Shown piece by piece: positions 1 through 8,499 of a stretch of 32,000 nucleotides of DNA (within the stretch, counting starts at the first letter, position 1; every line of letters begins with the position of its first letter). The DNA lies in assembly GCF_042660085.1 (NCBI RefSeq), contig NZ_JBHSTI010000008.1, forward strand, positions 1,599,876 to 1,631,875. Direction: 5' to 3'. This stretch comes from Longivirga aurantiaca (lineage in GTDB: Bacteria > Actinomycetota > Actinomycetes > S36-B12 > CAIYMF01). The notes under the pieces are model-generated. The model had not been told where the DNA came from. It searched no databases and was given only the letters and a program-made list of their open reading frames with translations. Both the position numbers and the translations under genes were made by a program.

Positions 1-280
1 GCTGGACGGTGAAGGCCTCGGTGACGCCGTTGATCGCGAGGACCACGGTCTTGCCCTGCGCCTCGGCCGACTGGACGACGAGGTCGAAGGGCGCCCGCAC
101 GATGTCGAGGATCTGGTCGTAGAAGATCCACGCCACGATCGACCCGGCGATGATGCCGAGGACTGCCCGGAACAGCCGGGCCTGGAACTCGCGCAGGTGC
201 TCGAAGAGGGTCATCGCCCCCTCGGGGTTGCGCGTGCGGCGACGCCGACGCCCGGTGCCGGAGCCCGCTTCCGGGCTCAC
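1..280 (-). CDS. tatC: Sec-independent (Tat) translocase subunit TatC, N-terminal part only; the rest lies beyond the left edge
   Basis: The minus-strand translation reads ...RRRRRTRNPEGAMTLFEHLREFQARLFRAVLGIIAGSIVAWIFYDQILDIVRAPF..., a typical actinobacterial TatC N-terminus including the basic NP(E/D)xxM(S/T)L leader. It lies directly downstream of tatA. The start is uncertain: GTG at 280 or 295, or the internal ATG at 214. Confidence 0.85.
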   Translation of the reverse strand, partial: MSPEAGSGTGRRRRRTRNPEGAMTLFEHLREFQARLFRAVLGIIAGSIVAWIFYDQILDIVRAPFDLVVQSAEAQGKTVVLAINGVTEAFTVQ

Positions 281-323
281 CTCACCTGCGACCACGACGT
301 CCTGCTCGGCCGGGCTGCGCGCG

Positions 324-668
324 TCAGGCGCGCGGGGCGCCGTCAGCCGGCGGGGTCACCGGCTGCGCGAGGATCTGCTCGCCCGTGACCGGGTCGACCA
401 GGTAGCGGGGCGCCTCGGGCTGGGCGGGAGCGGCCGGCACGGCGGGTGCGGCGGGTGCGGGCGGTGCGGCCTGGACGGCCGGCGCTGCCGGGGCGATGTC
501 GTCGTCGGCACCGGACTTGAAATCGTTCTTGAGGCCGTCGGTCTCGGCCTTGAAGATGCGCAGCGAGCGTCCGACGCCGCGCGCGAGGTCGGGCAGGCGC
601 TTGGCACCGAACAGCAGCAGGACGATCAGGAGGACGATCCAGAACGCCGGCTTCTCGAAGATCGCCAC
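324..668 (-). CDS. tatA: Tat translocase subunit TatA/E
   Basis: 114 aa with a GTG start. The N-terminal TM plus amphipathic helix ([34 protein letters not shown]) is the TatA signature. The C-terminal tail is Ala/Pro-rich. Confidence 0.9.
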   Translation of the reverse strand: MAIFEKPAFWIVLLIVLLLFGAKRLPDLARGVGRSLRIFKAETDGLKNDFKSGADDDIAPAAPAVQAAPPAPAAPAVPAAPAQPEAPRYLVDPVTGEQILAQPVTPPADGAPRA

Positions 669-693
669 GACACAGCCTCACTCGTTGCGGGGA

Positions 694-714
694 CGCACCG
701 GACGACCCGGTGCG
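694..714 (-). terminator. 8-bp stem / 5-nt loop hairpin between the Zn-ribbon ORF and tatA
   Basis: CGCACCGG-ACGAC-CCGGTGCG. It could terminate the upstream gene, or it could form the 5' end of the tatA leader. Confidence 0.3.
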
Positions 715-723
715 GGCGGACCC

Positions 724-729
724 ACGATA
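724..729 (-). promoter_or_regulatory. Candidate -10 box TATCGT upstream of tatA
   Basis: The minus strand reads cgggtTATCGTggg, about 55 nt upstream of the tatA GTG. Confidence 0.25.
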
Positions 730-811
730 ACCCGAGCGCCCGCTCCGGGCCGAGCAGGCCTGGGGCGGGCGCAGGGAGTGTCCCGGGAGCTCTCACGCGG
801 AGAGCGGTGCC

Positions 812-1156
812 TCAGGAGGCGGTACGGGCGGTGAGCTCGGCCATGAGGTCGTCGGTGGTCTCGAGCCAGAGCGCCAGGTCGAGCAGGTCGTCGTACCCGA
901 TCGGGGCGCCGCCGTGGTGCTCGCGGGCCTCGGCCGGCACCGGCACGCGCTCGATCTCGACGCCGGCGGTCGACAGCAGCCGCACGACCTCGGCGTCCGC
1001 GGCCTTCTCGACGTCCTCGTGGCACTGGGGGCAGCCGAACGTGTAGGTGCGGCGGCTCAGGTCGTCCTCGATCGCCTCGACGACGCGGACGTGCACCTGG
1101 CGCGGGGTGAGGTCGACGTCACCGCACATCGGACAGGTCGCCTTGATGGTGGCCAT
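812..1156 (-). CDS. Hypothetical small acidic protein with a 4-Cys (CxxC...CxxC) zinc-ribbon
   Basis: 114 aa ORF with strong GC3 codon bias. A GGAGG Shine-Dalgarno lies 6 nt upstream of the ATG. The Cys pairs are CPMC (aa 8-11) and CPQC (aa 42-45). I do not recognise the family. Confidence 0.7.
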   Translation of the reverse strand: MATIKATCPMCGDVDLTPRQVHVRVVEAIEDDLSRRTYTFGCPQCHEDVEKAADAEVVRLLSTAGVEIERVPVPAEAREHHGGAPIGYDDLLDLALWLETTDDLMAELTARTAS

Positions 1157-1276
1157 CGGAGCCTCCTCCCGGTCTCTCAGCCCTCGGGTGTGGCTGACAG
1201 ATCTGGATTCGGCACGCTGACCGGGCAGGCTTGAGCCCGAACGGGGAGATTTCCGCGCGCGGCGGCTACGAACGGG

Positions 1277-2251
1277 TCACGCCCGGTAGGCGGCGAGCGC
1301 CTCCGCGGCCTCCGCGCGCACCCGCTCGACCACGTCCGGGCGGTCCACCACCTGCACGGAGGGCCCCGAACGGAGCAGCAGGCGCACGAGCCAGCGCTCG
1401 TCGGCCACGGGGAGCACGACCTGGAGCCGGCCGTCGGCGAGCTCCTGCACGGAGTCCACGGGGAACTCCTCGGCGATCCAGCGCACGCTGCGGTCGAGCA
1501 CGAGGGTGACCGATCCGCCCTGGGGGCGCAGCACGCCCGCGCCCAGGTCGAGGGGTACGGCGTCCGCGGGCACGTCGGCCGCGTCTCCGAGCACCTCCGC
1601 AGCCACGATCCGGTCGAGCCGGAACGTGCGCATGGCCTCCGCGCGGTGGCACCAGCCCTCGAGGTAGACCCGGCCGTCGAGCGCGACGATGCGCAGCGGG
1701 TCGACGTCGCGCTCGGTGCGGTCGTCGAGGGCCCCGACGTACGTGATGTGCAGGCGGCGGCCGTCCTCGAGCGCGGCCCGGACCGCGGCATCGACCTCGG
1801 GCGCGACCGTGGCGTCGACCTGGACGACGACGCCCTCGGCCGCGGCACTGGCCTCGCCCGCAGCGGCCTCGAGCTTGGCCTGGGCCGAGGCGATGGCGTC
1901 GCGGTCGTGCGGGCCGGGCACCGCGGCCAGGAGGCGCAGCGCCACGAGGAGCGAGGCCGCCTCGTCCGCGGAGAACCGCAGGGGGCGCCCGATGGTCTGC
2001 GGGTCGAGCACGGTGATGACGCCGTCCTCGTCCCAGAACTGGATGTCGACGAGCTCCTGGTGCTGGTGGCCCGGGCGGCCCGTGCAGATGAGCAGGTTGA
2101 GGTCCTCGACGAGCTGCTTCTCCGAGACGCCGAAGTGCTCGGCGGCCTCCGGGATCGTGACGCCCTCGTGCGCGGAGAGCCACGGGACGAGCGACAGCAG
2201 CCGCGAGAGCCGGCCGGCTGCGGTGCTGTCGGACTTCTTCTGCGCGCTCAT
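1277..2251 (-). CDS. pafC: PafC-type HTH/WYL-domain transcriptional regulator
   Basis: 324 aa starting MSAQKKSDSTAAGRLSRLLSLVPWLSAHEGVTIPEAAEHFGVS (wHTH), followed by a WYL-like region. Its ATG overlaps the pafB stop (ATGA at 2248-2251). The longer 465-aa ORF in the track is an overlap artefact. Confidence 0.85.
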   Translation of the reverse strand: MSAQKKSDSTAAGRLSRLLSLVPWLSAHEGVTIPEAAEHFGVSEKQLVEDLNLLICTGRPGHQHQELVDIQFWDEDGVITVLDPQTIGRPLRFSADEAASLLVALRLLAAVPGPHDRDAIASAQAKLEAAAGEASAAAEGVVVQVDATVAPEVDAAVRAALEDGRRLHITYVGALDDRTERDVDPLRIVALDGRVYLEGWCHRAEAMRTFRLDRIVAAEVLGDAADVPADAVPLDLGAGVLRPQGGSVTLVLDRSVRWIAEEFPVDSVQELADGRLQVVLPVADERWLVRLLLRSGPSVQVVDRPDVVERVRAEAAEALAAYRA

Positions 2252-3213
2252 GCAGGCACCTCCCCCGCCGAGAGGCGGAGCCGTCGGACCACCGCGTCGC
2301 GCAGCGACGGCGGCGCCTCGACCACGACGTCGGCGGCGAGACCGACCAGCTCGCGGGCGAGCACCTCGTCGTCGGAGAACGGGACGAGCAGGAGGTCGGT
2401 GGACTCCCCCGGCTCCACCGCCGTGGCGCGCCGGCGCAGACCGTGCGCCCTGTCGGCCCTCACGCGGATCTGGGCGACGAGGGAGCCGGGGGCCGGCGTC
2501 GCGGAGGCGACCAGCGCTGCCACGTCGACGCCGTCCGGCACCTCGTACGCGCCCGGAAGGCCTGTCTGGGTGACATCCCCGACCACGCGGGAGAGGCGGA
2601 ACACGCGGGGAGCCCCGCGGTCGACGTCGTGGCCCACGAGGTACCAGTGGCCGCGCCGGGACGTGACCCCCCACGGCTGGACGGTGCGCGTGGCGGCGGT
2701 GCTGTCCTCGGGGCGGCGGTAGTCGAAGGTGACCGACCGGCGCAGCCGGGACGCCTCGAGCAGGACGGGGAACGACGGCTCGGTGGTGCTCACGCGAGTC
2801 TCGATGCCGACCGGGCCCTGCACGATCGTGCCCCCGGCAGCCTCGAGCTTGCGCAGCGCGCTCTGGGCGGCCGGGCCGAGGCTGGCCTGCTCCCAGACCC
2901 GCGCGGCGAGGCCGACCACGGCGAGCTCGTCGGTGGAGAGCTCGATCTCGGGCAGCGCGTAGTCGGCGACGGCCACGCGGTAGCCCTCGATGCCGCCCGA
3001 GCCGTCGGAGCCCTCGACCGTGAGGATCGGCACCCCCATCGAGCGCAGCTCCTCCTTGTCGCGCTCGAACATCCGCTCGAACGCCTCGTCCGACGGGCTG
3101 TCCTTGTACGCCTCGACGGCGTCGCGCAGGAAGCTCTTGGGCACCGGGCGTGAGGACGCCATGAGCGCGAACAGCAGGTTGAGCAGGCGCTCGGTGCGGT
3201 CCTTCTGGCTCAC
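2248..3213 (-). CDS. pafB: PafB-type HTH/WYL-domain transcriptional regulator
   Basis: 321 aa with a GTG start. The N-terminal wHTH is RTERLLNLLFALMASSRPVPKSFLRDAV, and the core is WYL-like (HWYLVGHD). It is paired with pafC and lies near pafA, as in other actinobacteria. Confidence 0.85.
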   Translation of the reverse strand: MSQKDRTERLLNLLFALMASSRPVPKSFLRDAVEAYKDSPSDEAFERMFERDKEELRSMGVPILTVEGSDGSGGIEGYRVAVADYALPEIELSTDELAVVGLAARVWEQASLGPAAQSALRKLEAAGGTIVQGPVGIETRVSTTEPSFPVLLEASRLRRSVTFDYRRPEDSTAATRTVQPWGVTSRRGHWYLVGHDVDRGAPRVFRLSRVVGDVTQTGLPGAYEVPDGVDVAALVASATPAPGSLVAQIRVRADRAHGLRRRATAVEPGESTDLLLVPFSDDEVLARELVGLAADVVVEAPPSLRDAVVRRLRLSAGEVPA

Positions 3214-3239
3214 GGCTCCCCCACGGGCGTCGGACGGTC

Positions 3240-3272
3240 CGTACGGCGGCCGCTGAGCGCGGCCGCCGTACG
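3240..3272 (-). terminator. Perfect 14-bp GC-rich hairpin 12 nt downstream of the cytosolic FKBP gene and upstream of pafB
   Basis: CGTACGGCGGCCGC-TGAGC-GCGGCCGCCGTACG. All pairs were checked. Confidence 0.5.
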
Positions 3273-3283
3273 CGAGGACTGGC

Positions 3284-3643
3284 TCAGCTGACGCCGAGCA
3301 GGTCGATCACGAAGACGAGCGTCTTGCCGGACAGGCGGTGGCCGCCGCCCGCAGGGCCGTAGGCCAGGTGCGGCGGGCAGACGAGCTGGCGGCGTCCGCC
3401 GACCTTCATGCCGGGGATGCCCTCCTGCCAGCCCGCGATGAGTCGGTTCAGCGGGAAGTTGACCGACTGGCCGCGGCCCCAGCTGGAGTCGAACTCCTCG
3501 AGGGTGTCGAACTCGACGCCGAGGTAGTGCACGTCGACGGTCGCGCCGGGCATCGCCTCCGCGCCGTCGCCGACGACGATGTCGGTGATGACGAGCTCGG
3601 CCGGGGCCTCGTCGCCCACGAACTCGATCTCGGGCTTGTCCAT
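3284..3643 (-). CDS. FKBP-type peptidyl-prolyl cis-trans isomerase (cytosolic, single domain)
   Basis: 119 aa. FKBP motifs are present (VHYLGVEFDTLEEFDSSWGRGQSVNFPLNRLIAGWQEGIPGMKVGGRRQLVCPPHLAYG). An AAGGAG Shine-Dalgarno precedes the ATG. Confidence 0.9.
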   Translation of the reverse strand: MDKPEIEFVGDEAPAELVITDIVVGDGAEAMPGATVDVHYLGVEFDTLEEFDSSWGRGQSVNFPLNRLIAGWQEGIPGMKVGGRRQLVCPPHLAYGPAGGGHRLSGKTLVFVIDLLGVS

Positions 3644-3771
3644 GGGGTGCTCTCCTTGGTTGTCTCGGGAGGTCGAACCTACCGCGCCCGACAGGCCGCC
3701 GACCGGCGGCGGCGCGCCGTGCGCGGAGGCGTCGGGTGGCCGCCCCGGGCGCGGTCGGTGACGATGGTGAC

Positions 3772-4338
3772 GTGAGGACGTCGTGGCGGCTCGGGCCCGC
3801 CGCCGTCGCCATCGCGGCGGCCGCGGTGCTGGTGGGCTGCGCCTCGGCCCCCTCGCCCGGATCCGGGAGCACGCCCGGTGCGGTCGTCTCGTCGTCCCCT
3901 GCCGCCGAGCCCTCGCCCGGCACGTCGACGTCGGGCGCCGCCGCCCGCCAGATCAACGCAGCGGAGCTCGCCCGGTGCGCGGCCGTGCTCGAGGTGCCGA
4001 CAGTGCGGGGCCTGCTCGGCGGGACGCCGGAGGTGACCGGGGGCAAGGAGCGGGTGACCGGCGCGATCACCCAGACCCGGTGCACGTGGACGGCGGCCAG
4101 CGGCCGCTACCTGACCATCGTCTCCCTCGACGGCCCGGGCCTGCCCGAGCGGGCCAGGACGGTGGCCGCCGGCGCGAAGCCCGTGCCGGGACGCACCGAC
4201 GTGCTCTACGACGCCTCCAAGGGTCTGATCGTCACCGTCGACGACCGCCTGCACCAGGTGGTCGCGGGCGGTGCCGGCACCGCCCAGGCACGCATCATCG
4301 GCCTCAAGGCGATCGACGCCATCCGCTCGGGCGGCTGA
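3772..4338 (+). CDS. Putative secreted lipoprotein, function unknown
   Basis: Starting from the GTG at 3772, the N-terminus is MRTSWRLGPAAVAIAAAAVLVGC-AS, a signal peptide with an L-V-G-C lipobox. A Ser/Pro/Gly linker follows. GC3 bias is strong in this frame. The start could instead be the upstream GTG at 3736. Confidence 0.7.
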   Translation: MRTSWRLGPAAVAIAAAAVLVGCASAPSPGSGSTPGAVVSSSPAAEPSPGTSTSGAAARQINAAELARCAAVLEVPTVRGLLGGTPEVTGGKERVTGAITQTRCTWTAASGRYLTIVSLDGPGLPERARTVAAGAKPVPGRTDVLYDASKGLIVTVDDRLHQVVAGGAGTAQARIIGLKAIDAIRSGG

Positions 4339-4405
4339 CCCCACGTCGCCGCCGTTGCGGGCAGGTCGTTGTGCTCGCGCCGTGGCTGGTGCCGGCAGAC
4401 CAGGG

Positions 4406-4996
4406 CTACTTGGCGGGAGCGGTCTCGCCGGGGTTGATGAAGTTGACCATGTCGACGACGAAGACGAGCACCTCGTTCGGCTCGATGTCGGGGCTCGTCG
4501 GGTTGGCGCCGTACGCGAGCGCGCCGGGGATGATCAGGAGGCGGCGTCCCCCCAGCTTCATGCCCGGGATGCCCTGCGTCCATCCGAAGATGACCTCGTC
4601 GAGGCCAAACTCCGAGGGCTGTCCGCGGTCGAAGGACGAGTCGAACTGCTTCGTGGTCGAGGCCCCGACGCCGGCGTAGTCGGCCAGCACCCGGGCGTTC
4701 GCGAGGACCGGGTCGCCGGTGCCCTCGACCAGGTCGATGACCTGCAGCTGGGTGACGTCCTTGGTCTGGTCGCCGATCGTGATGACCGGCTTCACGCCGA
4801 AGCCGCCCTCGACCGTGACGCCGCAGGCGTCGTTGCCGATGCCCTCGGTGGTCGTCGTGGCCGTGCCGCAGTCACCGGCGGCGGCGGACGACGAGCCCGC
4901 GCCGGACCCGGCCTCGGACGTGCTGCCGCAGGCGGACAGCACCAGGGCGGCGGACAGGGCGAGGGTCGCGGGCGCGACGAGGCGGGAGCGCTTCAT
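4406..4996 (-). CDS. FKBP-type peptidyl-prolyl isomerase, lipoprotein form
   Basis: Starting from the ATG at 4996, the N-terminus is MKRSRLVAPATLALSAALVLSAC-GS (lipobox). The C-terminal FKBP domain reads FDSSFDRGQPSEFGLDEVIFGWTQGIPGMKLGGRRLLIIPGALAYG. The upstream 22 codons of the track ORF are rejected. Confidence 0.85.
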   Translation of the reverse strand: MKRSRLVAPATLALSAALVLSACGSTSEAGSGAGSSSAAAGDCGTATTTTEGIGNDACGVTVEGGFGVKPVITIGDQTKDVTQLQVIDLVEGTGDPVLANARVLADYAGVGASTTKQFDSSFDRGQPSEFGLDEVIFGWTQGIPGMKLGGRRLLIIPGALAYGANPTSPDIEPNEVLVFVVDMVNFINPGETAPAK

Positions 4997-5004
4997 GGTC
5001 CCCG

Positions 5005-5010
5005 ACCCTA
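5005..5010 (-). promoter_or_regulatory. -10 box TAGGGT, 8 nt upstream of the lipoprotein-FKBP ATG
   Basis: The minus strand reads gggtTAGGGTcggggaccATG. Confidence 0.35.
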
Positions 5011-5072
5011 ACCCGGCGCGACGGCCCTCCCGTGCACCGGACCCCCGGCTGAGGACCGGCACCCTGAGAGGC

Positions 5073-6443
5073 TCACATGCTGGCGATCAGCTTCTCGACC
5101 CGCTCGTCCACGGCCCGGAACGGGTCCTTGCACAGGACCGTCCGCTGGGCCTGGTCGTTGAGCTTCAGGTGCACCCAGTCGACCGTGAAGTCCCGACGAC
5201 GTTCCTGCGCCCTCTTGATGAACTCGCCGCGCAGCTTGGCCCGCGTGGTCTGCGGCGGGAGGGTCTTGGCCTCGAAGATCGGCAGGTCGCTGCTCACCCG
5301 CGCGACCGCCCCGCGCTTCTCCAGCAGGTAGTACAGGCCTCGGGTGCGCGTGATGTCGTGGTAGGCCAGATCCATCTGCGCGATGCGAGGGCTCGAGAGC
5401 GGCAGGTCGTGCTTTGCCATGTAGCGCTCGAGCAGCCGCAGCTTGATGACCCAGTCGATCTCGCGCTCGACGAGGCCGAGGTCACCGGTCTCGACCGCAC
5501 GGACCGAGCGGGTCCACAGGTCGAGGACCCTCGAGTGGATGCTCGTGGGGTCGGCGGTCAGACCGCGGCGCTCGGCGAAGTCGCGGGCGCGGTCGAGGTA
5601 CTCGGTCTGGATCTGCAGGGCCGACAGCTCGCGGCCGTTGGCAAGCCGGACGGTCTTGCGTCCGGTCGGGTCGTGGCTGATCTCGCGGATCGCGCGGATC
5701 GGGTTCTCGAGCGTCATGTCGCGCAGCACCGAGCCGTGCTCGAGCATGCGCAGCACGAGGTCGGTGCTGCCCACCTTGAGCATCGTCGTCGTCTCGCTCA
5801 TGTTCGAGTCGCCGACGATCACGTGCAGGCGGCGGTAGCGCTCGGCGTCCGCGTGCGGCTCGTCCCGGGTGTTGATGATCGGGCGCGAGCGCGTCGTGGC
5901 GCTCGAGACGCCCTCCCAGATGTGCTCGGCCCGCTGGCTCACGCAGTAGACCGCGCCCCGAGGCGTCTGCAGCACCTTGCCCGCACCGCAGACGATCTGG
6001 CGCGAGACGAGGAACGGGATCAGGGTGTCCGCGAGGGCCGCGAACTCGCCGTGCCGGCCGACGAGGTAGTTCTCGTGGCAGCCGTAGGAGTTGCCGGCGG
6101 AGTCGGTGTTGTTCTTGAAGAGGTAGACGTCGCCCGCGATGCCCTCCTCCTGGAGGCGCTTCTCGGCGTCGACCAGCAGCCCCTCCAGGATGCGCTCGCC
6201 GGCCTTGTCATGGGTGACCAGCTCGGTGATCTGGTCGCACTCCGGCGTCGCGTACTCCGGGTGGCTGCCGACGTCGAGGTAGAGGCGCGCGCCGTTGCGC
6301 AGGAAGACGTTGCTCGACCGGCCCCACGACACGACGCGGCGGAACAGGTAGCGGGCGACCTCGTCCGGGGAGAGGCGCCGCTGCCCCCGGAAGGTGCAGG
6401 TGACGCCGTACTCCGTCTCGATCCCGAAGATCCGCCGGTCCAC
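5073..6443 (-). CDS. pafA: Pup--protein ligase PafA
   Basis: 456 aa with a GTG start. The N-terminus [10 protein letters not shown] and overall similarity to the Dop/PafA carboxylate-amine ligase family support the call. It lacks the Dop-specific insertion (456 vs 502 aa). Confidence 0.95.
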   Translation of the reverse strand: MDRRIFGIETEYGVTCTFRGQRRLSPDEVARYLFRRVVSWGRSSNVFLRNGARLYLDVGSHPEYATPECDQITELVTHDKAGERILEGLLVDAEKRLQEEGIAGDVYLFKNNTDSAGNSYGCHENYLVGRHGEFAALADTLIPFLVSRQIVCGAGKVLQTPRGAVYCVSQRAEHIWEGVSSATTRSRPIINTRDEPHADAERYRRLHVIVGDSNMSETTTMLKVGSTDLVLRMLEHGSVLRDMTLENPIRAIREISHDPTGRKTVRLANGRELSALQIQTEYLDRARDFAERRGLTADPTSIHSRVLDLWTRSVRAVETGDLGLVEREIDWVIKLRLLERYMAKHDLPLSSPRIAQMDLAYHDITRTRGLYYLLEKRGAVARVSSDLPIFEAKTLPPQTTRAKLRGEFIKRAQERRRDFTVDWVHLKLNDQAQRTVLCKDPFRAVDERVEKLIASM

Positions 6444-6449
6444 GTGGCC

Positions 6450-6455
6450 ACCCTA
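6450..6455 (-). promoter_or_regulatory. -10 box TAGGGT, 6 nt upstream of the pafA GTG (leaderless candidate)
   Basis: The minus strand reads cgtgccTAGGGTggccacGTG. There is no Shine-Dalgarno. Confidence 0.45.
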
Positions 6456-6479
6456 GGCACGGGTACGCCGGTCGCGCAG

Positions 6480-6497
6480 GACGGCGCGCACGCCGTC
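6480..6497 (-). terminator. 7-bp stem / 4-nt loop hairpin 15 nt downstream of the prcA stop and upstream of the pafA -10 box
   Basis: GACGGCG-CGCA-CGCCGTC. The stem is short, so this may be an attenuator or a processing site rather than a full terminator. Confidence 0.35.
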
Positions 6498-6511
6498 GGG
6501 CACGAGTGTGG

Positions 6512-7258
6512 TCAGGCCGGGTCGCCGGCGGCGTCGTCGCTGTCGTCGTCCACGCCGAGGAGGTCGGCGAGACGCGGGCCGTTGATGCGGCGGAACTTCC
6601 GCCGGGGGCGCGCGCGGTCGAGGATCGCGACCTCGAGCTGGGCCGGCGTGAGCACGCGGGACTCCCCCGGTGTGCCGTTCCCGTTGACGGGCGCCGAGCC
6701 GAGCAGCTCGACCGCGAGCCGCAGGGCGTCCTCGAGCGACAGCCCCTCGTTCCAGCGCTCGCGCAGCGCGGCGGTGATCTGCTCGGCCGACCCGCCCATC
6801 GCCACGAAGCCGTGCTCGTCCCCGACCGACCCGTCGAACGTGAGCCGGTAGAGCTGGTCGTCGTGCACCGTCTCGCCGATCTCCGCGACGACGATCTCGA
6901 CCTCGTACGGCTTCTGGGTCTCGGTGAAGATCGTGCCCAGCGTCTGGGCGTACGCGTTGGCGAGGCTGCGGCCGGTGACGTCGCGCCGGTCGTACGAGTA
7001 GCCGCGCAGGTCGGCGAGGCGTACGCCGGCCACCCGCAGGTTCTCGAACTCGTTGTACTTGCCCACGGCGGCGAACGCGATGCGGTCGTAGATCTCGGAG
7101 ATCTTGTGCAGCGCGCGCGAGCGGTTCTCGGCGACGAACAGCAGGCCGTCGGCGTACTGCAGCACGATGACGCTGCGGCCGCGGGCGATGCCCTTGCGCG
7201 CGTAGTCGGCCTTGTCCTTGATGACCTGCTCGGGCGAGACGTAGAACGGGACGCTCAT
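6512..7258 (-). CDS. prcA: 20S proteasome alpha subunit
   Basis: 248 aa starting [29 protein letters not shown], the typical PrcA N-terminus. It lies 4 nt downstream of prcB. Confidence 0.95.
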   Translation of the reverse strand: MSVPFYVSPEQVIKDKADYARKGIARGRSVIVLQYADGLLFVAENRSRALHKISEIYDRIAFAAVGKYNEFENLRVAGVRLADLRGYSYDRRDVTGRSLANAYAQTLGTIFTETQKPYEVEIVVAEIGETVHDDQLYRLTFDGSVGDEHGFVAMGGSAEQITAALRERWNEGLSLEDALRLAVELLGSAPVNGNGTPGESRVLTPAQLEVAILDRARPRRKFRRINGPRLADLLGVDDDSDDAAGDPA

Positions 7259-7262
7259 CGGG

Positions 7263-8123
7263 TCACTCCCCTCCCGCGGTCAGCGGCGCGTTCGGGCCGT
7301 CGGGCCGGGTCTGCCGGGCGGCGACGACCGAGCGCACGAGCGGGTCGAGCTCGGCCTCGGGCAGCCGCCGGTAGCCGTCGACGTCGACCACCGCGACGAC
7401 CGGCAGGATGCCGCGGGCGAGGTCGGGGCCGCCGGTGGCGGAGTCGTCGTCGGCCGCGTCGTAGAGGCTCTCGACGACCGCGCGGACGGCGTCGTCGGGC
7501 GAGAGGTCCTCGCGCCAGAGCTTCTTGAGCGCACCACGCGCGAAGAGCGAGCCGGAGCCGACGCTGTGGTGGCGGTGCTCCTCGTAGCGGCCGCCCGTGA
7601 CGTCGTAGCTGAAGATGCGGCCGCCGCCGGTCTCGGTGTCGAAACCGGCGAACATCGGCACGACCGCGAGGCCCTGCATCGCCATGCCGAGGTTGCCGCG
7701 GATGAGCGTGGCGAGGCGGTTGGCCTTGCCGTCCATCGACAGCTGCGCGCCCTCGATCTTCTCGTAGTGCTCGAGCTCGACCTGGAAGAGCTTCACCATC
7801 TCGACGGCAAGACCGGCCGTGCCGGCGATGCCCACGCAGCTCGACTCGTCGGCGGGGAAGACCTTCTCGATGTCCTTCTGGGCGATGATGTTGCCCATCG
7901 TGGCGCGGCGGTCGCCGGCCATCACGACGCCGCCCGCGAAGGTCGCGGCGACGATCGTGGTGCCGTGCACCGACTCGGTGACCAGCCCGGCGGGCAGCGA
8001 GCGCCCGCCCGGCAGCAGCGACGGGTCGTGGGTGGCCAGGAACTCCGCGAACGACGACGAGCCCGTCGCGGTGAACGCGGACGACAGGGTGCCCCCGAAG
8101 CGGCCCTGCTGCGCTGAGGTCAC
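7263..8123 (-). CDS. prcB: 20S proteasome beta subunit with propeptide
   Basis: 286 aa from the GTG at 8123, which overlaps the pup stop (GTGA). The propeptide ends ...VHG followed by [21 protein letters not shown], which contains the catalytic Thr. The 377-aa track ORF is an over-extension. Confidence 0.95.
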   Translation of the reverse strand: MTSAQQGRFGGTLSSAFTATGSSSFAEFLATHDPSLLPGGRSLPAGLVTESVHGTTIVAATFAGGVVMAGDRRATMGNIIAQKDIEKVFPADESSCVGIAGTAGLAVEMVKLFQVELEHYEKIEGAQLSMDGKANRLATLIRGNLGMAMQGLAVVPMFAGFDTETGGGRIFSYDVTGGRYEEHRHHSVGSGSLFARGALKKLWREDLSPDDAVRAVVESLYDAADDDSATGGPDLARGILPVVAVVDVDGYRRLPEAELDPLVRSVVAARQTRPDGPNAPLTAGGE

Positions 8124-8335
8124 TGTCCGCCCTTCTGGACGAAGCCGCGGACGAACTCCTCGGCGTTGGTCTCGAGCGCCTCGTCGATGTCCTCGAGGAT
8201 CGCGTCGATGTCGGCGTCGAGCGCCTCCTTGCGCTCGGCGAGGTCGCTCGTCGCCGCAGCGGTCTCCTCGACCTGGTCGACGTCGGCGTCCGTACGGCTC
8301 TTCTGCGCGTGCTCGCCGGTGTCCCGGGTGGGCAT
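8120..8335 (-). CDS. pup: Prokaryotic ubiquitin-like protein Pup
   Basis: 71 aa, acidic, ending ...[13 protein letters not shown]. The C-terminal GGQ requires deamidation by Dop. A GGAGG Shine-Dalgarno lies 5 nt upstream of the ATG. Confidence 0.95.
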   Translation of the reverse strand: MPTRDTGEHAQKSRTDADVDQVEETAAATSDLAERKEALDADIDAILEDIDEALETNAEEFVRGFVQKGGQ

Positions 8336-8385
8336 GGTCGCCTCCACGAGGTGTGTCCCGACGTCCGCCGCCGGGGCTGGTCTCG

Positions 8386-8391
8386 ACCCTA
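8386..8391 (-). promoter_or_regulatory. -10 box TAGGGT of a pup-prcB-prcA promoter (about 45-nt leader with GGAGG Shine-Dalgarno)
   Basis: The minus strand reads CGTGTATAGGGTCGAGA, a 17-mer shared 15/17 with the arc promoter. Confidence 0.45.
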
Positions 8392-8442
8392 TACACGCCG
8401 CCGCCCGCACGCCCTCCGGTACCACCCGCGCCGTCACCCTGA

Positions 8443-8481
8443 TCAATCCGTCGTTACCGGGCCCGGGAAGCGACTGATTGA
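8443..8481 (-). terminator. Imperfect, relatively AT-rich inverted repeat (about 15 bp paired) just downstream of dop, centred on CCGGGCCCGG
   Basis: Hand pairing gives 8443-8448/8476-8481, 8450-8453/8471-8474, 8454-8455/8468-8469 and 8457-8459/8464-8466. Confidence 0.3.
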
Positions 8482-8499
8482 CCACTGCGAGCGAGGGGG

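Noticed and set aside
441-470. Near-tandem GCGGGTGCG repeats
   Set aside because: They lie inside tatA and encode its Ala/Pro-rich C-terminal tail ([13 protein letters not shown]). This is low-complexity coding sequence and not a repeat element. The GGPGGGPGG stretch of the permease at about 16375-16400 has the same explanation.
1157-1276. PafBC-type (RecA-NDp, TGTCRGTG-N8-TANNNT) promoter upstream of the Zn-ribbon ORF
   Set aside because: Only a partial half-match (cTGTCAGCC) is present, and there is no TANNNT at the required spacing. A similar weak TTGTCTCGG at about 3661 also lacks a properly spaced -10 box. This is not enough to claim a PafBC site.
2252-2674. 141-codon N-terminal extension of pafC in the track ORF (1277-2674)
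   Set aside because: The extension overlaps the 3' end of pafB in another frame and is Arg/Gly-rich. The ATG at 2251, overlapping the pafB stop, gives a normal PafC N-terminal HTH.
3210-4085. 291-aa minus-strand ORF overlapping the FKBP gene and the lipoprotein gene
   Set aside because: It conflicts with two better-supported genes: the FKBP domain in another frame, and the plus-strand lipoprotein with its signal peptide and lipobox. Its composition is Arg/Pro-rich.
4339-4405. Terminator between the convergent lipoprotein and lipoprotein-FKBP genes
   Set aside because: I could find only 5-7 bp stems with mismatches or wobble pairs, which is too weak to call.
4719-6851. 710-aa plus-strand ORF across pafA and prcA
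   Set aside because: It is antisense to pafA and prcA and has no domain signatures.
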